From Verrucomicrobiota bacterium (GTDB lineage: Bacteria; Verrucomicrobiota; Verrucomicrobiia; Limisphaerales; UBA11358), in the NCBI GenBank assembly GCA_050012035.1, contig JBEKHY010000003.1, positions 104,622 to 168,621 on the forward strand: a stretch of DNA of 64,000 bases, read 5' to 3'. Below, piece by piece: positions 61,206 through 64,000 of this stretch. Made by a program: the position numbers and the translations under genes. A model generated the notes under the pieces. It saw only the letters and a list, made by a program, of their open reading frames with translations, was not told the DNA's origin and made no database searches. The number at the start of each line of letters is the position of its first letter. Positions within the stretch are counted from its first letter, which is position 1.

Positions 61206-63203
61206 ATGCTGATTTTCGACGAATTCAAGAAAAACGATCCTCCGCTCCGGCTCGCGGCGGCGGTGGTGGCGACTGGTCTGGGCATTCTGCTCGTGGGCCT
61301 GTGGTGGGTGCAAATCGTCTCGGCGCGCGAATACCAAAACCATCTGGAGACGCAATCGTATCGCACCGTGCGCATCCCGGCCGTTCGCGGAAAAATTCTT
61401 GATCGCCACGGCCGCGTGCTGGCCGAGAATCGCCCGCGCTACAACTTGAGCCTTTATCTCGGTGATTTGCGCAAGCCATTCGGTGACACCTACGACCAAT
61501 GGTTGGCTCAGGCGCGCGTCGCCCGAAAACAATTCATGGCCGCGCAGGAGAAAAAACTCGGACGCTCGCTGACGAAGGCTGAACGAAAATCATTCACGTT
61601 CACCAGGGGGCAACTGCAACAACTGCGCGCGCAGGCGCGGTTCAACGTGGCCAGCAACGTGGTCGCGCAACTTGGCCGGCGGCTCGGCCAGCCATTGACG
61701 CTCGACGCGGCAAAGTTTGAACGTGATTACGAAACCCGGCTCGCGCTGCCCTATCCGGTCCTCAAAAATCTCAACGACGTGCAGATCGCGCGATTCGAGG
61801 AAAATTACTCCGGCGGCCTCGGCGCGGATTTGGAACTGCAATCCGTCCGCACTGATCCGCTCGGTCCGACGGCGGCGCATTTGCTGGGCTATGTGCAGCG
61901 CGACGACAGTTCGGTGGAAGGCGAGGACGCTTTTTTCTCGTATCGGCTGCCGGATTACCACGGCGTCGTCGGCATTGAATCCGGTTGTGACGCGCTATTG
62001 CGCGGACGCGCCGGCGCCAAAGCCGTGCTGGTGAACAATCTCGGCTACCGCCAGACCGAAAACGTTTGGAGCCAGCCCGAACCGGGGCACAACGTGGTGC
62101 TGACCATTGACCTCGACATTCAGCAGGCGGCGGAACGTTCGCTCGTGCAACATCAAGGCGCCGACGCCCGCGCCGCCATTGTCGTGATGGACGTGCGCAC
62201 GGGCGATGTGCTGGCCATGGTGTCGTCCCCGGCGTTTGATCCCGACGACTTTGCCCAGGGCAGTTTCCCCCCGGAGGAAGTCACGCGCCTCAATGACCCG
62301 CAACTGCGCCCGCAAATCAACCGTGCGACGCAGGAGAATTATGCGCCCGGCTCAATTTTTAAACCCATCATCGGCCTCGCCGCACTCGAAGCCGGTTTGG
62401 AACCGGACGCTCTCGTTGACAATCCAGGTTACGTTTATGTCGGCCGGCGGCACATCGGGGATTTGGCACCGCCGGGCCAATACAATTTCCGGCGCGCCAT
62501 CATTTACTCCTGCAACACGTATTTCATCACCGAAGGCCTGCAGGCGGGCATTGATAACATTGTCCGGATGGCGGAAAAATTCCATTTCGGCGAACGCACC
62601 GATTTGCCCACCCGCCAGGAGACACCCGGCATTTTGCCCACGCCCGCCCGGGTGCATTCGGGCTGGCATGACGGTGACACGGCCAACCTGTGCATCGGGC
62701 AGGGCGAAATCGCCGTGACGCCGATGCAAATGGCTGTGGCTTACGCGGCCATCGCCAACGGCGGCAAGGTGCTGTGGCCGCGGCTGGTGGAACGCATCGA
62801 ACCGCAGGACCCGGCCTCAGGCGAAGCGGTGACGAATTTCCCGGCGGGTCTGGTGCGTGATGAACTGGGCGTGCACCCGCGCAGCTTGAAAAATTTGCGC
62901 GATGCAATGCTCGCGGAAACCGAAGACCCGGAGGGCACCGGTCATGCGGCGGTCGTGGGACCTGAAATGCGCATTTGCGGCAAGACCGGCACGGGGCAGG
63001 TGATGAACGAGCACAACCAGGAAATTGACCGCACCACTTGGTTTGCCTCGTTCGCACCCTATGAACACCCGCGCTACGCGGTGGTGGTCATGGTCGAAAG
63101 CGGCACTTATGGCGGCCCAACCTGCGCGCCGATTGCGCACGACATTTACGCGGAAATTTTAAAAAAGGAAAACGCCGACAAAACCCTGGCGCAGGTGCAA
63201 TGA
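61206..63203 (+). CDS. mrdA: Penicillin-binding protein 2 (elongasome transpeptidase)
   Basis: 665 aa. TM anchor, then SxxK (GSIFKP), SxN (YSCN) and KTG (CGKTGTG). Confidence 0.93.
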   Translation: MLIFDEFKKNDPPLRLAAAVVATGLGILLVGLWWVQIVSAREYQNHLETQSYRTVRIPAVRGKILDRHGRVLAENRPRYNLSLYLGDLRKPFGDTYDQWLAQARVARKQFMAAQEKKLGRSLTKAERKSFTFTRGQLQQLRAQARFNVASNVVAQLGRRLGQPLTLDAAKFERDYETRLALPYPVLKNLNDVQIARFEENYSGGLGADLELQSVRTDPLGPTAAHLLGYVQRDDSSVEGEDAFFSYRLPDYHGVVGIESGCDALLRGRAGAKAVLVNNLGYRQTENVWSQPEPGHNVVLTIDLDIQQAAERSLVQHQGADARAAIVVMDVRTGDVLAMVSSPAFDPDDFAQGSFPPEEVTRLNDPQLRPQINRATQENYAPGSIFKPIIGLAALEAGLEPDALVDNPGYVYVGRRHIGDLAPPGQYNFRRAIIYSCNTYFITEGLQAGIDNIVRMAEKFHFGERTDLPTRQETPGILPTPARVHSGWHDGDTANLCIGQGEIAVTPMQMAVAYAAIANGGKVLWPRLVERIEPQDPASGEAVTNFPAGLVRDELGVHPRSLKNLRDAMLAETEDPEGTGHAAVVGPEMRICGKTGTGQVMNEHNQEIDRTTWFASFAPYEHPRYAVVVMVESGTYGGPTCAPIAHDIYAEILKKENADKTLAQVQ

Positions 63204-63282
63204 AAATGAAAACGCCCAGTGAAGTATTCGCGGGTTGGAGTTTTGCCGTGCTCCCTCACGCCGGCGCCCCCTTTTCCCTGAC

Positions 63283-64000
63283 ATGATTATCGAACCCCTC
63301 AACGAGCGCCACGCAAAGCTGGACCGGCTGCAACTGGCCGCCCTGGCCGGGCTGATGCTCCTCGGCACGTTGTTTGTGTACAGCGCCACGATGGCCAACC
63401 CGGCACTGTCGTCACTCCCGTGGTATGACCAGAGCTGGGTGCGGCAGCTCGTCTGGTATGCGCTGGGCATCGGCGCGGCCATGACGTTGTGCCTGCTGGA
63501 TTATCATACGCTGGCGCGCTGGTCGTTCGTGGCGTATTGGACGGCGATGTTCTTCCTGGTCATCGTGCTGATTCCGCACATCGGCTCGATGCGTTTCGGC
63601 GCGCGGCGGTGGATGGATTTCGGGCCATTTCAATTTCAACCATCCGAATTCGCCAAACTCACCTTCATCCTGGCGGCGGCGCATTTCCTGAGCCGTCCAC
63701 CGGACGAGCTGAAACAGCCGGCCAATTTCTGGAAGGGCATCGCGCTGTTGCTGCTGCCCTTCGTGCTGATTTTGAAGGAACCGGACCTGGGTTCGGCGCT
63801 CGTACTATTGCCCACCGGCCTGGTAATGATGTTCGTCGCCGGCACACCGAAAAGATATTTGTTGAAACTGACCGGCGTGGTGGGTTTGCTGGCCGCGTTG
63901 TTTCTGGTGGATGCGGTGTTCCTGCCGCCGGGCTGGTGGCAGATTTCCATGCAACCGTATCAGCGCGACCGGCTGCTGGTCTATTTTGGACGGGATTACA
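63283..64000 (+). CDS. rodA: Rod shape-determining protein RodA (SEDS family), 3' end outside window
   Basis: My own translation from ATG 63283: MIIEPLNERHAKLDRLQLAALAGLMLLGTLFVYSAT...FQPSEFAKLTFILAAAHFL...KEPDLGSALVLLP...PYQRDRLLVYF. Open to the window edge, so absent from the ORF track. Confidence 0.9.
   Translation, partial: MIIEPLNERHAKLDRLQLAALAGLMLLGTLFVYSATMANPALSSLPWYDQSWVRQLVWYALGIGAAMTLCLLDYHTLARWSFVAYWTAMFFLVIVLIPHIGSMRFGARRWMDFGPFQFQPSEFAKLTFILAAAHFLSRPPDELKQPANFWKGIALLLLPFVLILKEPDLGSALVLLPTGLVMMFVAGTPKRYLLKLTGVVGLLAALFLVDAVFLPPGWWQISMQPYQRDRLLVYFGRDY

Overview
High-GC bacterial chromosome segment, with PVC/Verrucomicrobia-like gene content and repeats (phylum is my inference). 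Core content, left to right. (1) A type II secretion / type IV pilus-like operon: gspE 3' end, gspF, five prepilin-type pseudopilins and a ~1400-aa GspK/PilX-like protein. It is followed by a 2977-aa subtilisin (S8) multidomain protein whose C-terminus is a recently amplified tandem array. (2) A 2.25-kb IS1-like transposon with 21-bp terminal inverted repeats and an 8-bp target duplication; it carries a tRNA-Arg gene and two small ORFs. (3) uvrA, a YchF-C-like gene, a TPR protein and mgtA. (4) A TPP riboswitch and thiC, followed by an accessory island. The thiC 3' end is present three times, bracketing a Phd/RelE module, an AT-rich RelA/SpoT (toxSAS-like) gene, MerR, a hydrolase, and a redox/detox operon of AKR, NADP oxidoreductase, SDR and two cupins. 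(5) Two RRM RNA-binding protein genes sharing a conserved ~195-nt leader, then infA, more AKRs and a PtsN-like gene. (6) An AT-rich two-gene ABC-type ATPase + TOPRIM-like (DUF4276-type) module, which I consider the best candidate for an uncharacterised defence system. (7) htrA, an LTA-synthase-like gene, tRNA-Met, and mreBCD-mrdA-rodA. The window is saturated with several families of palindromic repeats. One is a heptad-periodic GTGACA/TGTCAC hairpin element sitting on the start codons of the pilin genes. Others are REP-like elements inserted in frame inside uvrA and thiC. All functional calls come from reading the translations and motifs by eye; no database search was run.
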